From: Diplonema japonicum | Taxonomy: Eukaryota > Protista > Euglenozoa: Diplonemea | Reading direction: 5' to 3' | Assembly: GCA_964019335.1 (NCBI GenBank) | Contig: OZ025723.1 | Location: 186,001 to 250,000, forward strand | Length of the DNA: 64,000 nt | Shown: positions 10,243 to 21,550 of the stretch, piece by piece | Position numbering within the stretch: position 1 is the stretch's first letter | Layout of the letters: every line of letters starts with the position of its first letter | The notes under the pieces: model-generated | What the model saw: the letters and a program-made list of their open reading frames with translations, nothing else | What the model was told of the DNA's origin: nothing | Database searches by the model: none | Program-made: the position numbers and the translations under genes

Positions 10243-11928
10243 ATGGAGAGAGCACTGCTGTTCAGTGCTGTCCTTGTCCTGAGTGTGGCAGGGCAGGAGC
10301 TCATTCAGTACAGCATCTCCGACACGGCGAGCACCCAGAGAATAGTGGATATGGTTGTCCTGAATGATGTCGTGTTCCGTATCCCTGAAGCTCATCCCTC
10401 TCAAGCTGTGTTCGTCACGAACGTGGCAGACAATGGGAACCCCGTGGAGCTGGGGAGCTTCGGGTACAGCGGTAGTGGCTTTCCGACTGCCGTCATGACC
10501 GATGGTACCCGGCTGTTTGTTTTGTTCCAGAAAGTCCTTGTTGCGTACGATGTGAGTGTGGACCCTGCTTCCCCTGTGGTGCTCCACACCTATGCTCCCA
10601 CTAATGGCGCGGAACAGAGCTACTGGCGTGGTTTGACACAGTCGGACAACCACATCTTCGTCACCCATTATGAGCGTTTTACCTCTTCCCAGATAGAACA
10701 CTTATTTGTTCTTGACAAGGACACACTGAACCAGGTGGGGGAGGTTCCCATTTGGACGGCATCAACCGTAACCTATGATATAACCTACCACGGCGGTAAA
10801 GTCTACGCTGCCTGTGACCACAATGTTGAAAGCCTTCTCGTCTTTGATGTCTCCGACCCCACCAACCCAATCCTGGAGTCAGCTTTCCAGATACCACCAA
10901 TCCATTCCGTACTCAGGATCAGGTTCTTTGAAGGTTTCGTGTACATCAGCGACCAGACGGGATCATCATTTAGGGTTCCCCTGAAGATCGATCCCGTAAC
11001 AGGGGCCTCTGTGCCCATCACCCTGCCTACCTCCGAGGTGCATTCCTGCTCTGACATGTTGTTCCACAACTCGAGGGTGTATCTTGCGTGCAGAGACACC
11101 GGCCTCTTTGTGCTCCAAGAGACCTCCCCCAACACCTTCACCCTCCTTGCAAAAGACACGAGAGGTGCACAAGCCGCCTTCATCAAAGATGGGTACCTCT
11201 ACGTGGGTAACGGTGTGGACCCGGGTAGTGTTCCGGATCTCATGATCTACAAGATCCCCGACATTGTGGTCACCCCCCCCGTGCCTGTGGGGCTTGTTGT
11301 TCTTGTTGGGGGCTCGTCGCCTATTGTGGAGAAGCCTGTGGGCGGGGAGGGGTCATCAGTGGAGGATGTGGGGAGCGGTCAGCGTTGGGAACAGATGCCC
11401 TCGTGGCTTGGGGGGTCGACCGCCTTCATGGGGGCAGACGGGAAGAAGGGGATGGTGCTGAAGATGACTTGTCCTTCGAACTCGAACAACCTTCCCTGCA
11501 CCTTCTACGTGACGCTCCACAACTGCCTCCCCTGCAGCAGTGCTCTGAACGGGGGCCTCCCCCACGGCCTCCTGGCCGCCGGTTTCGACGCGGGCAGCTG
11601 CGGACCGAAGTATGTCCCCACCTTCCCGAGGGCACCCTCGAAGATGTCGCCCCTCCCAAGCGTGACCTTCAGGATGGAGGTGGCCTCTGGGGGAGCTCCT
11701 GTGGAGGTTCCTGTGACGAGGGAGCTCCTTCACTTCTCGGTCTTCGTGCAGCACAAGGGGAACGGCTGCTCCCTTCACCAGGATGAGGCGGGGTGCTCCG
11801 GGGCCTCTGGCTGCTTCTACGACTTGGCGAAGGGCTGTGTCGACAGGCCCCTGTGCAAGAGGAGCCCCGCAAACCCTGGCAATGCAGGAGGGGCAGGACC
11901 GAAATGCACCTGCTTCAGCCCTCCTTGA
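10243..11928 (+). CDS. Secreted LVIVD-repeat-like beta-propeller protein with Cys-rich C-terminal domain, paralogue 1
   Basis: Hydrophobic signal peptide; repeats such as LVAYDVSVDPASP and LLVFDVSDPTNP; Cys-rich tail; intronless and GC3-rich. Confidence 0.8.
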   Translation: MERALLFSAVLVLSVAGQELIQYSISDTASTQRIVDMVVLNDVVFRIPEAHPSQAVFVTNVADNGNPVELGSFGYSGSGFPTAVMTDGTRLFVLFQKVLVAYDVSVDPASPVVLHTYAPTNGAEQSYWRGLTQSDNHIFVTHYERFTSSQIEHLFVLDKDTLNQVGEVPIWTASTVTYDITYHGGKVYAACDHNVESLLVFDVSDPTNPILESAFQIPPIHSVLRIRFFEGFVYISDQTGSSFRVPLKIDPVTGASVPITLPTSEVHSCSDMLFHNSRVYLACRDTGLFVLQETSPNTFTLLAKDTRGAQAAFIKDGYLYVGNGVDPGSVPDLMIYKIPDIVVTPPVPVGLVVLVGGSSPIVEKPVGGEGSSVEDVGSGQRWEQMPSWLGGSTAFMGADGKKGMVLKMTCPSNSNNLPCTFYVTLHNCLPCSSALNGGLPHGLLAAGFDAGSCGPKYVPTFPRAPSKMSPLPSVTFRMEVASGGAPVEVPVTRELLHFSVFVQHKGNGCSLHQDEAGCSGASGCFYDLAKGCVDRPLCKRSPANPGNAGGAGPKCTCFSPP

Positions 11929-12295
11929 GGAGCTACAAACAAAACCACGGCTTCAACCCCACTGAAGTGGTTCATTTTTTTTTTTTTTAGTAATATATAA
12001 GTGCCGTTCCAAAGCAGATAGCAGGAAACCTTTATAAATCTCTTCCTTTTATTTATTTTCTCTTCTTTTTAAACCAATCCTGTCGATTCTTTTCGGGGAA
12101 GGGGACCAAGAGGCCTAGGTTCTCTGTAAACCTCCCCTTAAGCCAGTCGAAGTTAGAACTACACTTTTTCCCTTTTATGGTTGCCATTCTTTTCAGCACA
12201 CACTGGTAACAGAAGAGGACAAGGTAGGTGGTGGACCAAGTGATGAGTTTAGTTACAACCCCAAGTCACGGTTTTCAACCTTTTGTCTTTTGAAG

Positions 12296-12502
12296 CTTTT
12301 TTACCAGAAAAGAGATCCGTAGTAGGGGCACCTTTACCTCTCCTTTTATAAACTTTTAATTATTTTCTTCTTTTACATTCAATTTCATTTTTGTTATTAT
12401 TATTATAGGAACGTCCAACTTCGAAGCTCACCAACGTGCGTATGTAACCATTTTATTGGCACGTTGGTGACGGCCGTGGTGGTCGTTGCAAAGCACCATT
12501 AA
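12296..12502 (+). repeat. Duplicated non-coding upstream block, copy 2
   Basis: Matches 9500-9700. Confidence 0.85.
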
Positions 12503-13329
12503 GATGGATTTGGACCGACCGATTCTGTTAGAAAGTAAACTTTAATTTTCTTTTGTTCTCTCTTTTTCTCAAGGTGGTCGTTGTTACAAGAGTCAGGTGG
12601 TTCGCCCATGTCCATCAGCAGCTGAGTGTTGCTTACAGACCTAATCTCAGCTGGCCAGCGATGTCTCCATCACCGGGGTCATGGCATCGATGTAGTCAAT
12701 GATGTGAAGAAGTGATAAAGAGAGAACACATCTTTTAGGCTGGGTTCGCCCAAGTCAATTCATTATTCTTTCTTTTTTCGGGGACTAGGCTCAGGCCTGT
12801 GAACGCAACAACGCACACCTGTAGAAAGAATAGTTTTTTTTTTTTTTTTTTTTTTTTTCCCCTCTCTTTTTATGTTATATGGCTCATTCTCTTTCGCACT
12901 TGTTCATTTCCTTGTGCGACTTGTTTGGGAAAGCTCGGTGGATTAAGTTTCAGGTGCAGGGGGCGAACACGGCATAGCTGTAAAGCGAATCGGTTTTTCA
13001 GGTTCTAGTCCAAATTTTCGCAAAACGATTTCACATTTTGGCAGTAAGCAAATATGCGAGAATAGTACGAACTGGGTGTACTGGCGTGAAAACGATTGTC
13101 CCACCCTCCCTCCCTGGAGCATCATTTTGTGTCATCACGTGCGTGAAACGCCGATCTGGATCTTCATCAGCTCAAACTGCTGACATCCATTTGCTACGCG
13201 CCTTAGCCAGCACTGCATTTGCGCGTCTTGTTCGTGATCTTCGACAAGAACTGATCAGTAAACCACGTCGGGTCGTGTGTACGGGAATTATTTGCAGGAC
13301 GCACGGGGCACACAGAAAAAAAAAAGAAT

Positions 13330-14946
13330 ATGTGGGCGAGCATATTATTTACTGTCGTGAGTGCAGTGGGGCCAGAGCTCACCCAACTGAGCACCATGAC
13401 GGGTGGGAGCGCCATCGACCTTGTTACACTGAATGACCACACCTACCGTTTCAATCCTTTCATTATTTTCAACAATGTAGTATCGATCACGAACGTGGCG
13501 GACAAGGCGAACCCCGTAGAGGTAGGGAGCTTCGGTGCTGATGCTCTCATAATAGGTGTCATGACCGATGGGAACCGACTGTATGTGTCGTTCTCGCAGA
13601 AGCTAGTTGTGTACGATGTGAGTGTGGACCCTGCTTCCCCTGTGGTGCTCCACACCTTTTCCCCTCCTGATGCTACAGAGAATTCTGCACAGCGTGACGT
13701 GACACAGTCGAACAACTACATCTTCATTATCTACCGCCATGGTCTTACTTTCTTGGAGTCTCTCTATGTCCTTGACAAGGACACACTGAACCAGGTGGGG
13801 GTTGTTTCCTTGGGCTTAACTGGCACAGCAATCACGGGTATGACCTACCACGGCGGTAAAGTCTACGCCGCCATGAACATAGACCCCCCAAGGATTGGCA
13901 ACCTTGTCATCTTCGATGTCTCCGACCCCACCAACCCAATCCTGGAGTCAACCTTCCCGACATCAGCTGAACGCCTTGATGGCAGGATCAGTTTTTTTGA
14001 AGGTTTCGTGTACGTCAGTTCGCAAAGGCTCGTTCCGTTTGAGGTTATCCCCCTGAAGATGGATCCCACAACAGGGGCCTCTGTGCCCCTCACCCTGCCT
14101 CCTGAGGTACATGGCTGCGCAGACATCCGGTTCTACAACTCGAGGGTGTATCTTACGTGTAACGGCCTCATTGTGCTCAAAGAGACCTCCCCCAACACCT
14201 TCACCTTCCTTGAGGAGGACACCACGGCCTCTGGAACCCCCATCTTCATCAGGGATGGGTACCTCTACTTGGGTGCTCTCACGATCTACGACATCCCGGA
14301 CGCGGTTGTGGAGCTTGTTGGGGGCTTCTCGCCTATTGTGGAGAAGCCTGTGGGCGGGGAGTGGTCATCAGTGGAGGATGTGGGGAGCGGTCAGCGTTGG
14401 GAACAGATGCCCTCGTGGCTTGGGGGGTCGACCGCCTTCATGGGGGCAGACGGGAAGAAGGGGATGGTGCTGAAGATGACTTGTCCTTCGAACTCGAACA
14501 ACCTTCCCTGCACCTTCTACGTGACGCTCCACAACTGCCTCCCCTGCAGCAGTGCTCTGAACGGGGGCCTCCCCCACGGCCTCCTGGCCGCCGGTTTCGA
14601 CGCGGGCAGCTGCGGACCGAAGTATGTCCCCACCTTCCCGAGGGCACCCTCGAAGATGTCGCCCCTCCCAAGCGTGACCTTCAGGATGGAGGTGGCCTCT
14701 GGGGGAGCTCCTGTGGAGGTTCCTGTGACGAGGGAGCTCCTTCACTTCTCGGTCTTCGTGCAGCACAAGGGGAACGGCTGCTCCCTTCACCAGGATGAGG
14801 CGGGGTGCTCCGGGGCCTCTGGCTGCTTCTACGACTTGGCGAAGGGCTGTGTCGACAGGCCCCTGTGCAAGAGGAGCCCCGCAAACCCTGGCAATGCAGG
14901 AGGGGCAGGACCGAAATGCACCTGCTTCAGCCCTCCTCTCTTATGA
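13330..14946 (+). CDS. Secreted LVIVD-repeat-like beta-propeller protein, paralogue 2
   Basis: Tandem paralogue of 10243-11928. Last ~610 nt near-identical at offset 3012. Confidence 0.8.
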   Translation: MWASILFTVVSAVGPELTQLSTMTGGSAIDLVTLNDHTYRFNPFIIFNNVVSITNVADKANPVEVGSFGADALIIGVMTDGNRLYVSFSQKLVVYDVSVDPASPVVLHTFSPPDATENSAQRDVTQSNNYIFIIYRHGLTFLESLYVLDKDTLNQVGVVSLGLTGTAITGMTYHGGKVYAAMNIDPPRIGNLVIFDVSDPTNPILESTFPTSAERLDGRISFFEGFVYVSSQRLVPFEVIPLKMDPTTGASVPLTLPPEVHGCADIRFYNSRVYLTCNGLIVLKETSPNTFTFLEEDTTASGTPIFIRDGYLYLGALTIYDIPDAVVELVGGFSPIVEKPVGGEWSSVEDVGSGQRWEQMPSWLGGSTAFMGADGKKGMVLKMTCPSNSNNLPCTFYVTLHNCLPCSSALNGGLPHGLLAAGFDAGSCGPKYVPTFPRAPSKMSPLPSVTFRMEVASGGAPVEVPVTRELLHFSVFVQHKGNGCSLHQDEAGCSGASGCFYDLAKGCVDRPLCKRSPANPGNAGGAGPKCTCFSPPLL

Positions 14947-15587
14947 GGGGTGTGACTCCGTTGCAAGGAACACAAATTTCTGCCCCTGCAAGAGGAGCAA
15001 CAAGAAAAGAAAAAAAGAAAACTATTTGAACGATTCTATTTTGGAGTTTACAACCTTTCTTTTCGGGGTTCCAGACCCGACGCGTCAGAGCCTGCTTCCT
15101 CTTTTTTTCCACCCTTCCCGCAGCCATGCATCCTTCAGCACAGAAGGGTAGCAGCATCCGCTAGCGCGGTTAAGAAGTTGCTCCTACGCCAGGCGGTTTA
15201 TGAAGCAACCAAAGTCATTCTTCTTCTTTTTTTTTTTTCTCCTACTTCCTCATGTCTTTGAGTAAGAATTTATGACGGAACTTTTCCATGTCTGTGACAT
15301 TTAAAATGACACTTTTCTAGTAGAGGTGCATTTCCAAGTGGTGTGTTGCAAGTCTATACAATTATACCTACTGCACTTTTTTTCTTCTTTCTTTTTTTTT
15401 TCCCCCAGGTAGAAGACCTACGTCATGTTAAGTCTTCTTCATCTTCTGTTACACCTTCCCCCCCGTCTTTTATTATTATTAATATTATTGTTATTCACAA
15501 ACAACAACAACAACAACAAAAAAAAAAAAAAGCGAGGTCCGGGGAGAAGGGAAAACACCGGTTGGTGGCGTCCCCCGGAAAAAGAAA

Positions 15588-18089
15588 ATGACGACAACAG
15601 CGCAACAGTTCATCGTCATAATGATATACACGACCATGGTAGCAGGGGTGTGGGTCGCATTGGAAGATAGTAAAGGAGCGAAAAGAAAAATGAGGGGCTT
15701 CGGAGTAGTCGCAGTGGGAGTGGGCGACGAGTGTGGCAGCGTTAACGGACGGAGCACAAAGGTAGGAGAAGAGGTTGAAGCGTACAGCGGGAGAACAGCG
15801 GTTGTCGTAGACAGCCCGCCTAACGGGAAAGGCGAAGGGAAGCTTGAAAAGGCTTTCTCCTTACCTATGAACCCTTCTGTTCACTTCCTGCTGCAGTCGT
15901 CGATCGACCACCACCTCATCACGGACGAAAAGCAAACCGCCATCGCCGTGACACCGGACCAACAGTTACACATTTTAAACTTTTCCAACCTACCGTTTGT
16001 GTCATTAACGCTACCGTCGTACTGCTCACCGCCGAACAAAGGGATATCGTCATGGCATGGTGCAGGGCTTGGTGCCTCTACATGGTCAGACGTCGAACTA
16101 CGTGGAGGGAAGTTTCTATCAGTACACGACGTGGCGGAAATGAAAATAACAGCGGCGGACATCGCACCGCAGCGTGAGGCGAAGAAGGGTGTGCTCCGCA
16201 CCGCAGGCGTCGTCGAGACGGCACAGAGAAACTTGAAAGCGATAGACGGCATGCTATGTAGCTTAAACATCAATTCATACAACTTTGAAGAAGTAGAAGA
16301 AACCATGAAGAATCTGCGGAGAAAGCTAACCGAGGACGATGACAGTGTCTACGAGGCACTCTCTTCAATGCAATCACCGTTAATCGCTGAAGGTGTAGCC
16401 GGGGTGTTGCCGTTCTCAATCGTTTCGCCCCCGAACCTCCCTGCGGTTGGATACGCACCAACAACACCAACGTTTATACCGGTAAAAACGGTACCTGGTG
16501 AGATATTTCTCCTTGTACACAACCCGTCTTCTCAAGTTACGGATTCTGGAAGCATTGTGTATTTTTTCGTGAAAACAGATACAGCGACGCAGCTTTCAGC
16601 TTCGGTACGGAACGGTGTGTGTGAACCTGTTGGAAATAATGATGATGGGTCGGCTGACAGTGAAGCAGAGGACGGTGACGACGCGCCGATCTCGCTTCAA
16701 AGAGAACATCACTTCGGTTGTGTGTTGGACAGCCTCTCCCCGATGGAAACTAGAAACGTCAGTGTCCATTTAACTCCCGAGTCAAAACCCGTTCTGTCGT
16801 CCGTGACATCCGCTGACAGTACACTGCCTGAAATCTCCAAAATGTGTGTTCACATGGTTTATCTAGGGAACGGCCGAGTCAGGATAACGACAAACAAGCT
16901 GGACCCTGAGAGGAAGACAGAAACTGTGTTGAGATTTTACCTTGCGGAGCCGAAGGCAAACCGGGAGAAACCCGGGTTGACACAAGCCGCTGCGCTCCGT
17001 GGTATCGCATTGTGCAGCCTCGTGTCGATCTTGGTACACTACTTCCTCCCTTCCAAACAATACTTCCCCTCGCAACGCGTTCTAGCATGCGTCGTGTCTT
17101 TGTTGTTCATCGGTATCCCGTTACAATTAAGGGAATCATCTATTCTCCTTGTATACGCTCCGTTGACAATTGTGTTGACAATTATATCAAGCGTGTGGTG
17201 CTCGATGACAATGTTCTCATTCACGATTCTTCTGAGGATTCTACCGACTATTCTGATCGGGCCCAGAATGGTCGCACCGATGTGGGATTCTGTGTACGCT
17301 CAACACGATTACACAGTAGAGGTACAGGTTGGGAGAATAGCGGATGACATGATCATCCAGTACCCTCCTTACAATGTCAAAACAACGCTGACGGCGTACT
17401 CGGGGAAAAGCTGCGTCTCTGAGATCGAACACTGGTCGGAGCACGATGGAGGCATCGAGGTCAAGATAGTTGTGGAAGGCGCGGGAAGCGAACCGTTAGC
17501 GGTCACCAGCCACACTCAGAAAAGCGGCGCCAGGGTATTTCGATATGAACCTTATACTGGAGAAACCGCCAACAGAGTCATGGCCAATGGGCTTAAACTG
17601 CCTGATATTTCTCTTAAAATACAACCGGAGGTCCCTTTGAGTATCGTCCCTTACTGGAACGACGCTGTGTTGGGGGTTGTGCTGTATGATGGTGAAGGAT
17701 TTTATACCACTCTGTCGGAGTCCGATTCGGGTGTGCCTGAGAAGCTTATTGCGCTGCTTCCTTCGAATTCCGTGGGGAAGGAGGGTCTTAATCTGAACAC
17801 GACTCTGCTTCTCCCACCTCGGCCTCTTTTGTTAGAGCGGGTTCGATACCTCAGTTCGGCTGTTCTTTTGCTTACTTACTACAACCCCGGAAGTGATGTG
17901 GTGTCGGTTTCTGCGCGGAGTGTTTGTTCGCTTCCCATCTGTTTGGAAGGTGTGCTCCGTGTTGCTGATCACTTGGGGCATGTTAATTGTCAGGCACCTT
18001 TGTACCCTGTCCACCAGCTGCCTCGAAAAACGTATTCGAGTTTTGTAATATCTCGCAGTGATGCTGCGTGTGCCGAGGTGAAGAAATAA
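15588..18089 (+). CDS. Uncharacterised 833-aa protein with N-terminal hydrophobic segment and about 3-4 central TM helices
   Basis: Long uninterrupted ORF with coding-like composition. Hydrophobic stretches IALCSLVSILVHYFL, VLACVVSLLFIGIPL and ILLVYAPLTIVLTIISSVW. No family recognised. Confidence 0.7.
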   Translation: MTTTAQQFIVIMIYTTMVAGVWVALEDSKGAKRKMRGFGVVAVGVGDECGSVNGRSTKVGEEVEAYSGRTAVVVDSPPNGKGEGKLEKAFSLPMNPSVHFLLQSSIDHHLITDEKQTAIAVTPDQQLHILNFSNLPFVSLTLPSYCSPPNKGISSWHGAGLGASTWSDVELRGGKFLSVHDVAEMKITAADIAPQREAKKGVLRTAGVVETAQRNLKAIDGMLCSLNINSYNFEEVEETMKNLRRKLTEDDDSVYEALSSMQSPLIAEGVAGVLPFSIVSPPNLPAVGYAPTTPTFIPVKTVPGEIFLLVHNPSSQVTDSGSIVYFFVKTDTATQLSASVRNGVCEPVGNNDDGSADSEAEDGDDAPISLQREHHFGCVLDSLSPMETRNVSVHLTPESKPVLSSVTSADSTLPEISKMCVHMVYLGNGRVRITTNKLDPERKTETVLRFYLAEPKANREKPGLTQAAALRGIALCSLVSILVHYFLPSKQYFPSQRVLACVVSLLFIGIPLQLRESSILLVYAPLTIVLTIISSVWCSMTMFSFTILLRILPTILIGPRMVAPMWDSVYAQHDYTVEVQVGRIADDMIIQYPPYNVKTTLTAYSGKSCVSEIEHWSEHDGGIEVKIVVEGAGSEPLAVTSHTQKSGARVFRYEPYTGETANRVMANGLKLPDISLKIQPEVPLSIVPYWNDAVLGVVLYDGEGFYTTLSESDSGVPEKLIALLPSNSVGKEGLNLNTTLLLPPRPLLLERVRYLSSAVLLLTYYNPGSDVVSVSARSVCSLPICLEGVLRVADHLGHVNCQAPLYPVHQLPRKTYSSFVISRSDAACAEVKK

Positions 18090-18270
18090 ATAAAAAAAAA
18101 AAGAAAAAAAAAAAAATGAAATAGAGCTTTTTTAGGGGGGTGGGGTGGGGGGGTGGGGGAGAGAGAATATTAATGAACAAAGGGGTCGATAAATATACTA
18201 GGAAAAAAAAAAAAAAAAGGAGAGAGACCGCGATCTCCACATAAAGAATCAATATCAAAATTAACCCTTT

Positions 18271-18305
<35 letters not shown>

Positions 18306-19249
18306 GCAAGAACTAGCGGTTGTCTTGTCCGAACGAACGGGGAACGTTATCTACGTGGTTATGGGTTTATAAACTTTCTTCAGGTTTCTTACCTAGGTTC
18401 CCTCTTTTCGTGGTGACATTATCATCAGTCCAGTGCTACTTCATTTGTCAGCACCAGGGTGCTTGTGTGCACAAAAAGGTTGTTTGTTTATTTGTCTTTC
18501 CCTTTCTCTTTCTCTCTTCGTTATCTTTCTTCTCTTATTCGTCTTTACGCCTTCCTCACAGATTCGCCTTGGGGAGTCAAATAAAACTTTACTGGATTTA
18601 CTGGCTTTTTTTTTTTTTTTTTAAAAAAAAACCCAATCCAACAAGAAAATCCTGATCTTCTATCTTTTTTTTTTTTTTTTTCTTTTTTTTTTTGGAGCAA
18701 AAACACTGCTTTATCAATCGACACCCCATATTAATTGGCTGCACTTTCTCTTTTTTTAGAAAAAAAAAGGAGGGAAAATGAAACGAGAAGTCTTCTATTG
18801 AAAAGAGGGGGGGGGGGGGGGGGGGAGAAATGTATACCTTCATTCTCCCTTTGTTTACTCTGTGAGATTAGAAGTTGTTTTGTTTCAAAATGCAATGTGC
18901 TCCATTACACGCTAGTTGTCATCGGCAAAAAAAAGAAAGGGTGGCACGACTAAGCACATACAGCAAGAACCACGAACCTGCCAAAATTTATCTGTTCTTT
19001 ATCGCTTCTCGGGTGGTGGTAAGGAAAGAAGAATATAAATAAGGTAATAGTTGTTTGACATTGCGGGCAATGGACCATGTGGTTTAAAAAAAAAAAAAAA
19101 GAAAGGGGAAAAAAAAACAACGATAAATAAAACTTGTGTTCTTTTTTGTGCCGAGTAAAAAGGAGGGGCTTTTTTTTTCTTTTTTTTTTTTTTGAACTAC
19201 TGCAAGTTTTGTCCATTCCTTTAACTCGAGCGAGAAAAAAAAAAAGCAG

Positions 19250-19289
<40 letters not shown>

Positions 19290-19451
19290 GACAAAGTTTT
19301 TTTTTTTTTTTTTTATTATTATTTCTTTTTTGACCAAAATATTATTATTTTTTTTTTTCCGCCATTCTTTCTCCCCCCTCGTGCAGTTTTTTTTTTTTTT
19401 TTTTTTGTCGTCGGCCCCGCTACAGAAAAAAAAAAATACAAAAAAAGTGGG

Positions 19452-19482
<31 letters not shown>

Positions 19483-19483
<1 letters not shown>

Positions 19484-21381
19484 TGCCAGATGACCTAAAA
19501 CGGTCCCGCGAGGAGACAAGCGATGATGAAAGCAGCGATTTCGGCCCGGCCCCCGCTGCAAACCCCGAGAGCGGATCCGGGGAGGCAAAATCATCCGAGA
19601 AAAAAAAAACACGAACCGACATAAAGGGCAAGACCCGGATGCTGGCCGAGCTTCCTGACCAGAACAGCTACGAGAGGAGCTACATGCACAAGGACATCGT
19701 CAACAGTGTTCACATTGCGAAGAGGCTGGGCTTCCTCATGACAAGCAGCATTGAGGGCGTCCTGAAATTCTGGAAAAAAGCCCCCAACGATATCATACCT
19801 GTCAAAACGTACCGTCCGCACATGGGCACTTTTGAGTCCTCACTGTCGAGCGACGAAACATGGTTCGCAACAAAAGCGGAGACAGCAGATAGAATGATCA
19901 AGATATTCGAGGTAAACAACTTCGACATGATAAACATGATTCAATTTGAATACGTTGCATCGGCAATGGAATTCATCAACTACCCCAACGCCTCATCGAT
20001 GTATCTCGCGGTTGCAGAAGCAACACGGCCTGTCCTGCATATCTACGACCCGCAAGCATCGACTGAGGTTACCACCGTAACCGTCTCCAGCCTGCGTGGG
20101 AACGCGAAAATTACTCATTTAAAGTACAACCCAGCGTACGACTGTGTCATAGCTACAGATGATATTGGTTTAATTGAGTATTTCGAGCCTTCTACTGGTA
20201 CCCTCCCCAAAGACGGCCGTCTTGCGTTTACAATGAAGGTTGAGACAGATCTGTTCAAGCTTGCTAGGGACAAGGTCGTTCCGCTTTCTCTTGAAATCTC
20301 TCCCAACGGTGAAATGTTCTCTATAATGGGTGCGAACAACCTTGCGTACATCTACAAATTCTCAACCGGGAAACAATACAGGGTTTATGACGAATCTCTG
20401 TCGCATTACATCGAACAGCAACGATCCGGCCCGAAAGAATTTCAACTGGAAGCGCTAGACTTCGGAAAACGGGTCGCAGTCGAGAAAGATCTAAGCGGGA
20501 AGGGTGTCTTGAACAAGGTTAACATAGTGTTTGACGACAGCAACCACTTTGCAGTGTACAGCTGTCTTCTAGGAATGAAGATTGTAAACCTGAAGACGAA
20601 CAAGGTGGAAAGGATCGTTGGGGGTTTCGAAAACACCGAAAGATTTATAAGCATCGCGTTGTACCAAGGCAGAACAGAAGCAACGCAACAGCTTCAACAA
20701 CAACTCGGCGAGAAAATCGTCGACCAAGCAAAAAACACCGACCCGACCATATTCTCGACATCATGGAGAAGGGAACGATTCTACCTGCACACCCGTAGAT
20801 CACCGGAAACAGACAGCACAAACGCTACAAGAAGGGATGTACTTAACGAGAAACCTTCTGCAGAGGATATTGCTTTATTAAGCACGACAGAGTCTTCAAT
20901 GGGTTCAAAAGCTATTTTACGCACGACAATGGGCGATATTCACATTCAGCTGTACCCCAAGGAGGTCCCCAAGACTACGGAAAATTTTGTGGGGCACTGT
21001 CGTTCCGGATATTACAACAATCTTGTCTTCCACCGTGTTATTGAAGGGTTCATGGTGCAGACGGGGTGTCCTTATGGGGACGGTACCGGTGGGGAGAGTA
21101 TTTGGGGAGGCGAATTCGCGGATGAGTTCCACCCGAAGCTGCGCCACGACCGTCCCTTCACCGTGTCCATGGCCAACGCGGGGATCAACAACAACGGTTC
21201 GCAGTTCTTCATCACCACTGTCGAGACGAAATGGCTCGACGACAAGCACAGTGTTTTCGGCCGTGTCACAAAGGGCATGGACGTGGTACAAGCCATCGAA
21301 AAGGTCCGGACGATCAAGTCCGGGGCTGCAAAAGACAAACCCTGCGAGCCGATTAGGATCATCAACGCTGAGGTGCAGTAA
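19483..21381 (+). CDS. PPWD1: WD40-repeat cyclophilin (PPWD1/CYP71 type)
   Basis: YERSYMHKD N-terminus, RDVLNEKP, and a cyclophilin domain (FHRVIEGFMVQTG, SMANAG, NGSQFFIT, WLDDKHSVFGRV). Confidence 0.95.
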
Positions 21382-21507
21382 AAAACAAAAACAAAAAAAA
21401 AAGTGTTTTTTTTTTTTTTCACCGTCAGTGTATATAATTTTTTTTTCTTTTTTTTTTTGTTGTCCCAAGTTTTTAACTCCCCAAACAGTACCTTGGCATC
21501 TCTCCTA

Positions 21508-21541
<34 letters not shown>

Positions 21542-21550
21542 ATAAAAAAA

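Noticed and set aside
20987-21550. N-terminal extension of the TM9SF exon 1 ORF
   Set aside because: Out-of-frame overlap with PPWD1 plus spacer; the signal peptide begins at ATG 21551.
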